Assembly (NCBI RefSeq): GCF_006345805.1
Contig: NC_043001.1
Location: 102,920,001-102,984,000 of the forward strand
Reading direction: 5' to 3'
From: Octopus sinensis
Lineage: Eukaryota
DNA length: 64,000 nucleotides
Each line of letters starts with the position of its first letter. Position 1 is the first letter of the stretch. This document shows positions 53,241-64,000 of this stretch, one piece after another. The notes beneath the pieces were generated by a model. That model was not told the origin of the DNA and did no database searches. It was given only the letters and a program-made list of their open reading frames with translations. Both the position numbers and the translations under genes were made by a program.

Positions 53241-53481
53241 AGAGTCGTTTTCTTTTTGTGCCTTATAATGTAACACACTCACTGGTAAAATTTCCACTTT
53301 TTTCTTATTTTTATTTTCCTAATATTTTCGTTGCATCTTGCAACCTTTTAATGGACAGAGTCAAGACTATCGAAAAGGTTGCAAGACGCAACGAAAATTT
53401 TAGGAAAATAAAAATAAGAAATAAGTGGAAATTTTACCGGTGAGTGTGTTACATAATAAGGCACAAAAAGAAAATGACTCT
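53241..53481. repeat. Inverted repeat with ~109-bp arms and 23-nt spacer
   Basis: 53241-53349 is the near-perfect reverse complement of 53373-53481. Confidence 0.92.
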
Positions 53482-53894
53482 AAACATCCCGCCTCACACT
53501 CTTACAAAACATTCCCCTCAGTACCTTGTTGGTGTGACCCAGTGCATCTCCAACACCATCTATTCCTCTCTTTCATTTTGTCTCTCTCTATCTCCCTAAG
53601 TGTCTCCTTGCTTTTCTAACTGGGGTAGCCAAGTATTTCTATAGTAAGACCCCTACATCTATCCCTTTCTTATACTTTAACCTCTCAACCAGCACAAAGT
53701 CATCTCCCTCAATACCATTCCCTCTCCCACCCAAGGGGTCTTTGTCTTACAAGTTACTTGGCAACCCTGCTGGAGCTTGTGTCACATAAAAAGCACCCAG
53801 TACCCTGGGTGTTCAGACTAAATTTGATATTTTTTTTATCAAATAGTTTAATGTATTGGTAAGCAAAAAGATTAAAGTTGTAAAGGAAGAAAAG

Positions 53895-54140
53895 GTAGCT
53901 GACATGGAGGACTGGAAACCATTTGAATATTGGAAAAGAGTTACCTGTATCATGATTCATACCAGATATCAAAATGCTGATATCATGTCTGCTGCTCAAT
54001 GCTTCGTGAGACAGGACATGGGCAACAGCAACTGAGACTAAGTAGCCGTGTCCAGAAAGCAAGGGCACAGCAGGTGTTCTGACTGCATGTGCATGTCGGA
54101 ATTCATGCAGCAATTGCAAGACAAGGTGAAGGAAGCCCCA
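53895..54140 (+). mobile_element. N-terminal fragment of a second mariner-type transposase
   Basis: MEDWKPFEYWKRVTCIMIHTRYQNADIMSAAQC...EFMQQLQDKVKEAPSK resembles mariner HTH regions, including that of the element at 42744-44031. Confidence 0.55.
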
Positions 54141-55729
54141 AGCAAGGGAAATGGAAACTGCAAGAAACCCATTTTATGTTTATGTGTACCCTTGAAATTA
54201 TATGATTGTTGTAAACATACATCACCATCATATAAGCAAAACTGCTCATTTCCAGTCTTCTCTGAAAAATATATCTGGCCATGGGGAAGTATTACCTTGC
54301 CTGGAAATGGGAGAGGGTTAACAACAGAAAGGGAATCTGGGTGTAGAAAAACTCTGCCTCAATGAATTCCATCCGACCAATGTAAGCATGGAAAAGTGGA
54401 CATCAAAATGAGGATAATGGTGATTATGACTAATAAGCTAAAACTTCAAATCATTGTGTTTTCTTTGCAAAAGTTTTATATATACATATACATATATATA
54501 TATGGCTGGTACCACATTAAAAGCACTAGTGATGGTGCCACATAAAAAGCACCCAGTACACGCTGTCAAATAGCTAGCATTAGGAAGGACATCCAGCCAT
54601 AGTAACCATGCCAAGACAGACTATGGAAACTGGTGCAACCCCTGTCAAACCAACCAACCTATACCAGCATGGAAAACAGACATTAAAGGATTTCCCTCTC
54701 TCTCTCTCACACACACGCACACACACAAACAAACACGCATTCAGAATCTATAATTCAGCCAAAATAGCAATCAACAGGCTCGACTTTCTGTTCTCTTTGT
54801 TAGCTACCCTCCAGATCAGTCAAGTCTAATCCATGCCTAAGATAACAACATGAAACTTGACAGCCATGGGTTTGTTTCACCATTTATATTAAAGACAGAA
54901 CTGTTTTAAATTCTTTAAATTTCTCAAAGGAAAACTGAGAGAATAATTCAAAATGAGAATAGGCTTAACAGAAAACACAACACTGGAACAAAGGATTGTT
55001 GAAAGAATCAGAAATTCTCAGAAAGATAAAAATGTTTCTGATAATGACTGCTGAAAGGCAAAAGTAGAAGAAAATAGAGAAAGATTTCTCATTTTCTCTA
55101 AGAAAAAAAAAATAGTTCAAAAGAAGTAAATCTAATTAAAAGAAACAAAAAGAAAAAAGAATACAAAGAATACAAACTAGCTTTAGATAATTAGTATTTT
55201 GTAATTCTATTAAACAGAAAATCTTTTAAGAAAGTCAAGAATATTTTCATGGCCATATTGGGTGTGTGATCAACAGGAACTAAGAATGAAGACATCATTC
55301 AATAAATATCCAAAAGCATAACAAAAAGGGGGTGGATGGATCAATGTGAAGACAATTCTCCAGAGAATAACCTAGAATAAATAACAAAGCATGCAAAAGA
55401 GAAAGAAGCTTGCAGGAGAAAAATTAACGATGCCAATGAAGATTCTGTGAAACCAAAAAATATCAGAGCAAATCAAAGATTTTATAATGAAATGAATAGT
55501 TGATACAATTCAAACAGCTGATATCTACTTTCTTCTTACGTAACTAATACTATTTCTTTTGTTACACTGTGAAATTATCTGGTGTCTTATAGACAGTAGG
55601 TGAAAAAATTTAACAGAAAAGACTATGAAATCATTAGCGACAACAGCTACATTACTACTATCTTGATAGGTAGAATTTTTACAAAATGAGAATGCTCAAA
55701 TTCCAATTTCACAGATAAATTGTGTCTTT

Positions 55730-56340
55730 TATCATCATCATCGTTATTTAATATCCGTCTTCCATGCTGAATGAGTTGGACATTTTGACAGGAACTGGTC
55801 AAAATCAAAACCAAAATCAATTCGATGACTGGCATCTGTGCTAGCGGTGTGCAAAGAGCACCATACAAGTGTGATCATTGACAGAGCGGCTAACCAGCTT
55901 CCGTGCCAGTGGCACATAAAAGGGCACCATTCGAGTATGATTGTTACCAGCGTCGCCTTACTGGCACTTGTGCATGTGCTAGTAGGGTGCTAATCCGAGC
56001 GTGATCATTGCCAGAACAGCTAACTGGCTTCCGTACCCGTGGCACGTAAAAGGGCACCATTTGAGCGTGATCATTACCAACATCGCTTCACTGGCACGTG
56101 TAAAAAGATTTGTGCGAGGTCGTTGCCAGTACCGCCTGACTGATGCCCATGCCGGTGGCACGTAAAAAGCACCCACTACACTCTCGGAGTGGTTGGCGTT
56201 AGGAAGGGCATCCAGCTGTAGAAACTCTGCCAGATCAAGATTGGAGCCTGGTGCAGCCATCTGGTTCACTAGCCCCCAGTCAAAATCGTCCAACCTATGC
56301 TAGTATGGAAAGCGGACGTTAAACGATGATGATGATGATG
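55730..56340 (+). mobile_element. RTE 3' end with internal tandem repeats, preceded by an inverted tail fragment
   Basis: GTGGCACGTAAAAGGGCACC repeats, the conserved domain and GCGGACGTTAAAC(GAT)n. Confidence 0.78.
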
Positions 56341-56919
56341 GCGGTGGGCCTGAGAACAGTGCCAAGCACCAATGTCTAGTTTGGCACGGTTTTAACAGCT
56401 GGAAAGCTTCCTAAAGTCAACCACTTTACTGAGTAGAATGGGTGTTTATGTGGCACCAGCACTGGAGAGGTCTGCTTGCATCAAAAAGAACTTTCCACCA
56501 TTGTAGAAACAATGCCACTGAGCCAGAATTTACATGTGAAAAACTGTCGTGATATCATGAACTTTCTCATTTCAAAAGCATCCTGGTTGTATTAACTTCG
56601 ATCTATTTCTCAAAGATAAATAAAAAACATTCTTTCACTGTAGCATCCTTGGGTCACAAATTAGATTTCTGTTATGTCAACCAGCCAAGATTTGTCTCTG
56701 TCAAAATTTGTACAACTATTTTTTTTTTCTTCCAATTCAGATAAATTTGCAATCAATGACTATGTAGTGATTGTCTCTGAGGCAACTTCTTACATACAAG
56801 CAACCACATCTTTAAATTTTCCATTCATGCCAAAAGATTTCAAACAAAACATGCTTTATTGATATTTAAAAACAAAAAAAAATTAAAAAATGTTAGAAAA
56901 ATCTAACATTTCAACTAAG

Positions 56920-57130
56920 GCAATACTGCTAGTGCCATGTTAGAAGTACTGGTGCTTTTGCCACGTAAAAAGCACCCAGCACACTCTGTGAAGTGGTTGA
57001 CATTCAGAAATGTATCCAGCGATAGAAACCATGCCAAAACAGATGAATGGAGCCTGACGTAGCTCTCCAGGTGGCCAGCTCCTGTCAAAGTGTCTAACAC
57101 ATGCCAGCATGGAAAACAAACATTAAATTA
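56920..57130 (+). mobile_element. RTE 3' end (old copy)
   Basis: AAAAGCACCCAGCACACTCTG...CATGCCAGCATGGAAAAC. Confidence 0.7.
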
Positions 57131-57257
57131 TAATAATAAAAACAGTTACTCAGTCACTGCAACAGCTCACCTAGCACCTACACAACAATAGTCTGCCTAA
57201 ACAATGTTGTGATAATTTGTTTTACATTATACACACGACATTTTGTTCAGACAATGT

Positions 57258-57496
57258 TTTTTTTTTTTTTTACAACCCACAAGGGGCTAAACACAGAGAG
57301 GACAGGCAAGAACAGACAAACAGATTAAGTTGATTACATTGACCCCAGTGGGTAACTGGTACTTAATTTATCGACCCCGAAAGGATGAAAGGCAAAGTCG
57401 ACCTCGGCGGAATTTGAACTCAGAACCTAACGGCAGACGAAATACGGCTACGCATTTCGCCCGGTGTGCTAACATTTCTGCCAGCTCGCCACCTTC
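57258..57496 (-). mobile_element. Young full-length tRNA-derived SINE (Nin/Deu-like family) with poly(A) tail, flanked by a ~148-bp direct repeat
   Basis: Head GGTGGCGAGCTGGCAGAA, B-box GTTCTGAGTTCAAATTCC, and poly-T at 57258-57271 on the plus strand. Flanks 57110-57257 and 57497-57646 align. Confidence 0.88.
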
Positions 57497-59136
57497 TGGA
57501 AAACAAACATTAAATTATATTAATGAAAACAGTTACTTGGTTGCTGCAACAGCTCACGTAGCTCCTTCACAACAATAGTCTGCCTAAACAATGTTGTGAT
57601 AATTTGCTTCACATTATACACACATGACATTTTGTTCAGACAATGTATAATGCAAAGAGACTTTTACTTTTGATTGTAAAACATAGTAGAAGTGTGGCAT
57701 TAAGTTTTAGGTAAGTTTAAAAGTACCAGTGAGACAGCCTTAGTCAAGTTAAAATTTTATGAAATCAAACAAGCAAATGAGCTCACATACAAGCTGAGTG
57801 CTACATCATTAGGGTATTAGAGATTCAAAGAGGTTTTTAATATCTGATCACCTAAAAGAAAAGGGATAATCTTTGATCAAATGAAACTAAAGAATCTTTG
57901 ACATATAGAAGAAAAGGGGAGCAAAAGTCGCAAGTGGAAGAGTCACTGTTGCGGCACCAGATGTTGTATTTAGCTCTTATCAATGAAAGCAACACAAAAT
58001 TATACAACATAAAAGAAATCATGAAGATCTGATAGCATCACTACATATCCAAATCTATTTCAATCACGCATTGGTAGCAAACTTTTGGCTCTCAACAGTC
58101 TTGAAGATAACCATTCAGAACATCACTCCGTTCAGTATAATATATATCAAATACTAATATTACATCCAATTATTAGATAGTACATCTTGATGCAATTTGA
58201 CAGCTAAAAAACTAAATATCATGTATATGTGTGTGTATGTTAGCTTTATATATGCACATATATTTATATATATATATACATACACATTCGTATGCACACA
58301 CAAACACACACATATATAATGCAGAGAGAGAGATAAAAGCAAACATGGTGTGAGTTAACAGAATTTGTTACAATATGATCTCCCGTTCAATTTCCATTAT
58401 ATTTTCCCTCACATGTGCAACAATTGTCTGTTACTTTCTACAACAAAAAGCAATAATGCACACAATGAAGTTTCGAATGGAACTTGCACCATGTCTTAAT
58501 TCTTGCTTCATACGCTTTTTATTTTTGCTCCAAAGTTTGACCTATAGCATTTTGCACAGTACGGACCCATATGGCACTACACCAGTCCGACGGTCCTATA
58601 CCACCTGAAACTGAATAAACTGAACAAACCCTTTCTTATAATTCATATTAAAGGAAATTATGAACCTTATAATTGAAGAGAGAAAATTTTAATCCCTTCC
58701 TCTATCATCATCATCATCATACTGTCAGCATGCGTTGGATGGATTGACAGGAGCTAGCAAGCCAGAGAGCTGCACCAGGCTTTGATTGTCTGTTTTGGCA
58801 TGGTTTCCACAGCTGAATGGTCTTCCCAACACCAATACTTTATATGTGGCACCAGCATGGGTGCTTTTTATGTACCCATGCTCATTTATTTATATCCTGT
58901 ACAATTCATTAACATCAACATGTTGATAGATTTTGCAAAATATTTTGCCTGATTTTTTTTTTTTTATTTTTATCAAAAATTTCTTTAAGAAGTCGCTAAT
59001 CATTCTTTGAGCAACAATTTCTTTTTGATGATTTAAATTTGGTGGTGATAACCTAAGTGATATATCTCTTTCTTCTGTGCACCCTCAACACTGACAGAAA
59101 TCTGTCCAATATTTCATCAAGTAACTTGGACAATAT

Positions 59137-59440
59137 GGAGGTGCAATGGCCCAGTGGTTAGGGCAGCAGACTCGCGGTCGGAGGATCGTGGTTTCGATTC
59201 CCAGACTGGGCATTGAGTGTGTTTATTGAGCAAAAACACCTAAAGCTCCATGAGGCTCTAGCAGGAGGTGGGGGTGACCCCTGTTGTACTCTTTCGCCCC
59301 AACTTTCTCTCACTCTTTCTTCATGTTTCTTGAGTAACGCTGCGATGGACTGGTGTCCCGTCCAGCTGGAGGGAACACACACGCCATAGAAATCGGGTCC
59401 ATGAGCCTAGCTAGGCTTGAAAAGGGCGCATAAATAAATA
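59137..59440 (+). mobile_element. Third tRNA-derived SINE family, full length
   Basis: A-box TGGCCCAGTGGTTAGG, B-box GGTTTCGATTCC, body with GCGATGGACTGGTGTCCCGTCCAG, and an (TAAA)n end. Confidence 0.85.
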
Positions 59441-61314
59441 AAACCTGGACAATATATTACCCGAAGAATAGCTGAACACAACACCTTTGCCAAGCGCAGA
59501 TGGTCTAGAAAGACTTTTAGGATTTAATGTGAAGCCTGTTGAGTAGCTTACATTTACCCAAACCACTATAAGTTATACACAGAACAAAAGAAAGCAGGCA
59601 ACTTTGTTATTATATGAAATTTGTGCATACCTAAGCCTGTTGTTTCTGATGGAAGTATTAGCTTATCAGTAAATTTCAAAAGGCCAAGGAAAAGTATCTC
59701 TTTTGTGTGATGTTTGTATCTTTTATTTGTTTCAGTCATTAGACTGTGGCCATGCTGGGGCTTCACCTTGAAGAATATTTAGCTGAATGAATTGACCCAA
59801 TACTTCATTTTTGAGTCAAAGCACTACGTTATGGGGAATGTAAACACACCAACAATGATTGTGAGAGACAAACACAGACACACTTACTCATATAAATGTG
59901 TGTGTGTGTGTGAATCGTAGTCATGGTCATTGCCACTGTCTTGTAAAGTGGCTGGCACTAGGAAGGGCATCCAGCCATAGAAACCATGCCAAAACAGACA
60001 AATGGTGCCCAAGCAGCTCTCCGGCTGGCCTGCTCCTGCCAAACCATGCCAACATGGAAAATGGACATATGATGATGATGATGATGATTATGAATACTTA
60101 CAGACTGAGTTTTTGATTTAGAAAATTTCAACACTTTAAAAATGTTAAAAGTTAGATACAGTATCACAGATGCACGCATATCTTTTTCAACAAACCTGCA
60201 TAAGTCCTTGCATAAATGCATGCATGCAATTATTTTTTCCTCCATGTATACATGCATGCACAAATACACATGTCTACATGCACACACTTTTACTGAAAGG
60301 TTTAAAGAGATGGCATTATTACCCATGGGCAATGAAGTGCATTCTCAGATTGCATAAATAAAAAAGAACGAGCGGTATTGGTGTAGTTAATGCTTCCAAT
60401 AAGAAATTCCTGTTTGGAGGAAATACATGAAAGGATTGATATTTCCATAATGAGGCGATCTTAGAAAAAAGTACTGAACGTAATGTATGATGTAATTATT
60501 AAAGAAACAGGCCTCAATATGTGACAAAATAAAGGAAGTTATTCTGGTTGTAATAGTCTGTAAATTACAAGAAGCAAGCCGCTGTTGCAGCAGTTATTAA
60601 AGAGACAGAAGGAGCAAAGATCTGCAGGTTCTCAATGAAAGAGAGATTGCAAATCAGAAAACAGTTTTGTTTTTATTTTATTTTCTATCTACATCATCAG
60701 CTTGGGTTTCAACCATGCCAAATGTTGGTCCAAAATAACCTTTATGATGATGTAAAACCCATTAAGTGTTATTTTTCTTTCCCTTCAACTTTTCCTTTGA
60801 GTTTTGATCAATACAATCACCCAAAAAACTAATTTGTATGCAGAACAAAAGGGAACAGTCAAACTTGTTCCTATGTGCATACCTGAGTAAGTTGTTTTTG
60901 ATGGAAATAACAGCTTATCTGTAAAGAATAAACTGCAAAAAAAGATCAGGAGCCAACAACTACACTTATTGGTTGTGTGTGCCTTGCCAATGAGGTTCAA
61001 CATTCCCACCACTTGCGAAGAGGCTTGCCAGTACACGGAAGTTTTTTCACCCATCTGCAGTTGTCCATTTTAATTAAATGCATAACTTGTTACTCTTCAG
61101 CTGCACACACTGAGTGATGACTTTAGTTGTGAACCACTTTTCCAAATCATTTGCACTGCTTTCCATCCAAAATAATATGTATTGCACATCTAATGAATTA
61201 TACTCAACTTGTTTCGTTCCAGTCACTACAGATGTTCAACAATTAATGGTCACAACTACCGTACAACATCCCAATTCATATATGCGTATGTATGTATGTA
61301 TGTATGTATGTATG

Positions 61315-61344
<30 letters not shown>

Positions 61345-61352
<8 letters not shown>

Positions 61353-61642
61353 CACCATCCGAATGGCCAATGCCAGTACCGCCTTGATTGGCCCCCGTGC
61401 CGGTAGCATGTAAAAATCACTAACCGAACATGATCGATACCAGGCCCTCCTGACTGGCTCCTGTGCTGGTGGCACGTAAAAAGCACCCACTATACTCTCG
61501 GAGTGGTTGGCGTTAAGAAAGACATCCAGCTGTAGAAACATCGCCAGATCAGATTGGAGCTTGGTGCAACTGCAGGCTCTCCAGAACTCAGTCAAACCGT
61601 CCAACCCATGCCAGCATGGAAAACAGATGTTAAACGATGATA
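61345..61642 (+). mobile_element. RTE 3' end
   Basis: Tandem repeats, conserved domain and GTTAAACGATGAT tail. Confidence 0.78.
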
Positions 61643-61779
61643 ATATATATTTATGGTGGTGGATTCTCCCGTCGAAGATGACGAATGAGCATTCAGCTTT
61701 TTACAAACAACCTGCACAGATGAATTGCCTATAGTGATCAAATGTTCATACCGCACATTAGCTCACTCTCTTTATCAAA

Positions 61780-61960
61780 TCGACATTGTCTGAACAGGTG
61801 CACTGTGTGCCACACGTCAGGTGTCAAAGTGATCAAAAAAGCAACATGAGATGAAGTGTTTTGCTCAAGAACACAACACATCACCCAGTCTAGGAATTGA
61901 AACGATTATCTCACAATTGTGAGTCCAACACCCTAACCACTAGGTCACGTGCCCTCACAC
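61780..61960 (-). mobile_element. Decayed tRNA-derived SINE (CORE-like)
   Basis: The plus strand has AAGTGTTTTGCTCAAGAACACAAC...GGAATTGAAAC...CCCTAACCACTAGG, the reverse complement of a tRNA head plus CORE-like motif. Confidence 0.6.
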
Positions 61961-62094
61961 ACACATGCAGACAAAATTTTACTCATTGCTGAAACCAGAC
62001 CAGCTGCTGACAGAGCTGAAAACTCAGAGCTTAGCTGTAGATCTTAAAATTAGCCACATGGAAACAAAATATATGCAGTTGGAAGATGTAGCAC

Positions 62095-62600
62095 AAATCT
62101 GAATAAAGGAGGAAAGCAATGAAATTGAGGAAGTAAAGGAGGATGTCTACATCAGGGCACACAATGAATATGTGCAGAGATACAGAAATCTCAAAAAGAA
62201 TATGGGTAAGATGGAAGACATTTAACTCAGTAAAGGATGTGCTCCAAACAATGCCAAATGTGCCAGATTCTTCAATAGCACCATCCTACCTGTGTTCTTA
62301 TATGCAAGTGAGACATGGACTACTACAAAGAGGATAGAACATTGATTGGTTGAGACGCAGAGGGCCATGGAGACATACATGCTAGGAATATCACTAAGAG
62401 AGCACATTTAAAATGAGGTAATTCTAGAATGGAGCAGAGTACCAAAAGCACAAGTTTCACAGGGCCAGACATGCTGCAAGGTTCACAGACCACAGATGGA
62501 CCCATGCAGGAGATTGGAAACGGTCATTTGGAATGCGTGCACATCAATGGGGAGACAATTTAGTCAAGCAATTTGGGACAAGAGGGAAAAGAATGGCACA
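62095..62600 (+). mobile_element. RTE-clade ORF2 relic (post-RT region; different lineage)
   Basis: Peptides EIEEVKE, EISKRI...WKTFNSVKDVL, FFNSTILPVFLYASETW and TQRAMETYMLGISLREHI. Confidence 0.75.
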
Positions 62601-64000
62601 ATCAAGACAAAACTGGAGACATTGTGACCAGGTGTGTAACAGCATTTCATGGACTGGCTGTGATTGATACCATGATTATATATATATATAGATATATATA
62701 TATATAGTGTGTGTGTATACAGACACCCCCACCCCCCCACAAGTCAGATGAGTCCTACTGAGGCAGTATTCTACAGCTAGAACATAAAAATTCCTGGTTT
62801 TGCATTCAAAGTTCATAATTCTTTGTCTGTGAAAGCTTTTCAATGTTGACAAACATACTGATTTTTCATAATTTTTGATAATTGATAATCATTTAACAAA
62901 CACTACTTAATAGACAATACCTAACAATGTTAATTGATAATAGGAGAGGATGTGACAAAGCAACAGATACTGAGGGATCATGAAGAGCAAAAAGCAATTC
63001 CAATACACCAAATATTCCAGCTTAAATCACAATACACAACCGAAAAAATATAGAAACATAACAGCATTATCCATCAAAACATCCCGTTATTGAATGAAAA
63101 TCCCAAAATGAGAAAAAGCACTTAAAACACACACACACATTGTAATAAAAGATGTTACTTAATTTTGTCGGCATGAACTTCAAATGCTTCTGGCAGGGTG
63201 GATGTAGATGCTGTAGAGTGATCATAGAGAATACATAACGCAAACATAAGCCTCAAAAAACTTGAGAGCAGGTTCATTACACTACATTTCACTGGTGAAA
63301 CCAAAACACAAAGAATATACAGGAAACTGTTCCCTATAGACTTGAAGCGTTAAAGCTCAAAGATATCTTGGAGCAAGGCAGTTTCATGTGATCTTAGAGA
63401 AGCAAGTAATACTATAAATATATCTTAATTTATACCAGCATGAAAAAAATGGGCATTAAAACAGATTGTTTTTTGTATATCTTAGAATATGTTCAGTTCT
63501 TTTAGAAATCAGTTTGTACAGAGGACCACTTTAATAAATTATGTCCAGAGGGTTACGGTTCTCTTGATATTTCTCATGACAAGTATTAAGAGCAGGATCC
63601 GAGAGATAAGACATGCATCGGTGGGGGGGGAGGAGGAGGACGAGGAGTGTAACTGTAAACTTGTGATTGAAGAATTTTGAGAGTGAATCTTTGCCATTCA
63701 GTACAATGACCTTCTGATATGTCTTTTTTTTTTTTCTTTTTTCTTCTTTTTGTCTTAATAATTAATTAGAAGAAAGTCTGATTCCAGTTAATATCTACTC
63801 AAAGCTAGTCTGTCTGGTTTTCAAGTGAGAAATGAATGATATGAAGATATTGATTTGATCATAATCAAGGTTTGAATATCAGAAAATTTTACAAGAAAAC
63901 AGTTGGCTTTTCTTGTTTCATGGTAAAAATCAAGAGAGAAAATCCAAATTCACATTTTTTAGTATTTCAGTTTCCTGAAAACTTTGTATGTGCTTGTGAT

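Noticed and set aside
59147-59212. tRNA gene-like A/B boxes
   Set aside because: No acceptor stem closes, and the sequence continues into a SINE body, so it is a SINE head rather than a tRNA gene.

Overview
AT-rich, repeat-dense eukaryotic DNA. The repeat repertoire (tRNA-derived SINEs, RTE tails ending in (GAT)n, very long (AT)n/(CA)n arrays) points to a cephalopod, most likely Octopus; this is inferred, not proven. Only one host exon can be firmly recognised: a 101-nt minus-strand exon (41996-42096) encoding the N-lobe (subdomains I-III) of Greatwall/MASTL kinase. I found no other MASTL exon, so most of the window is probably intron. The rest is mobile DNA. At 1.4-12.1 kb is a nest of three co-oriented CR1-group LINE pieces in (AT)n arrays, bracketed by a ~500-bp direct repeat and split by a 100-N gap. 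Also present are many 5'-truncated RTE 3' ends, several SINE families, two R4/Dong-type LINE relics, a Helitron with both termini, a full-length DD37D (maT) mariner, a piggyBac-type MITE and Penelope relics. The most unusual items are: (i) a ~420-bp palindrome whose arms each join a tRNA-like Pol III head to a minimal Penelope-type hammerhead ribozyme; (ii) a second palindrome carrying half-hammerheads; (iii) a 3' hairpin shared, with compensatory changes, by two CR1-group LINEs and a SINE; (iv) a SINE flanked by a ~148-bp duplication. Most ORFs in the supplied track are microsatellite artefacts.
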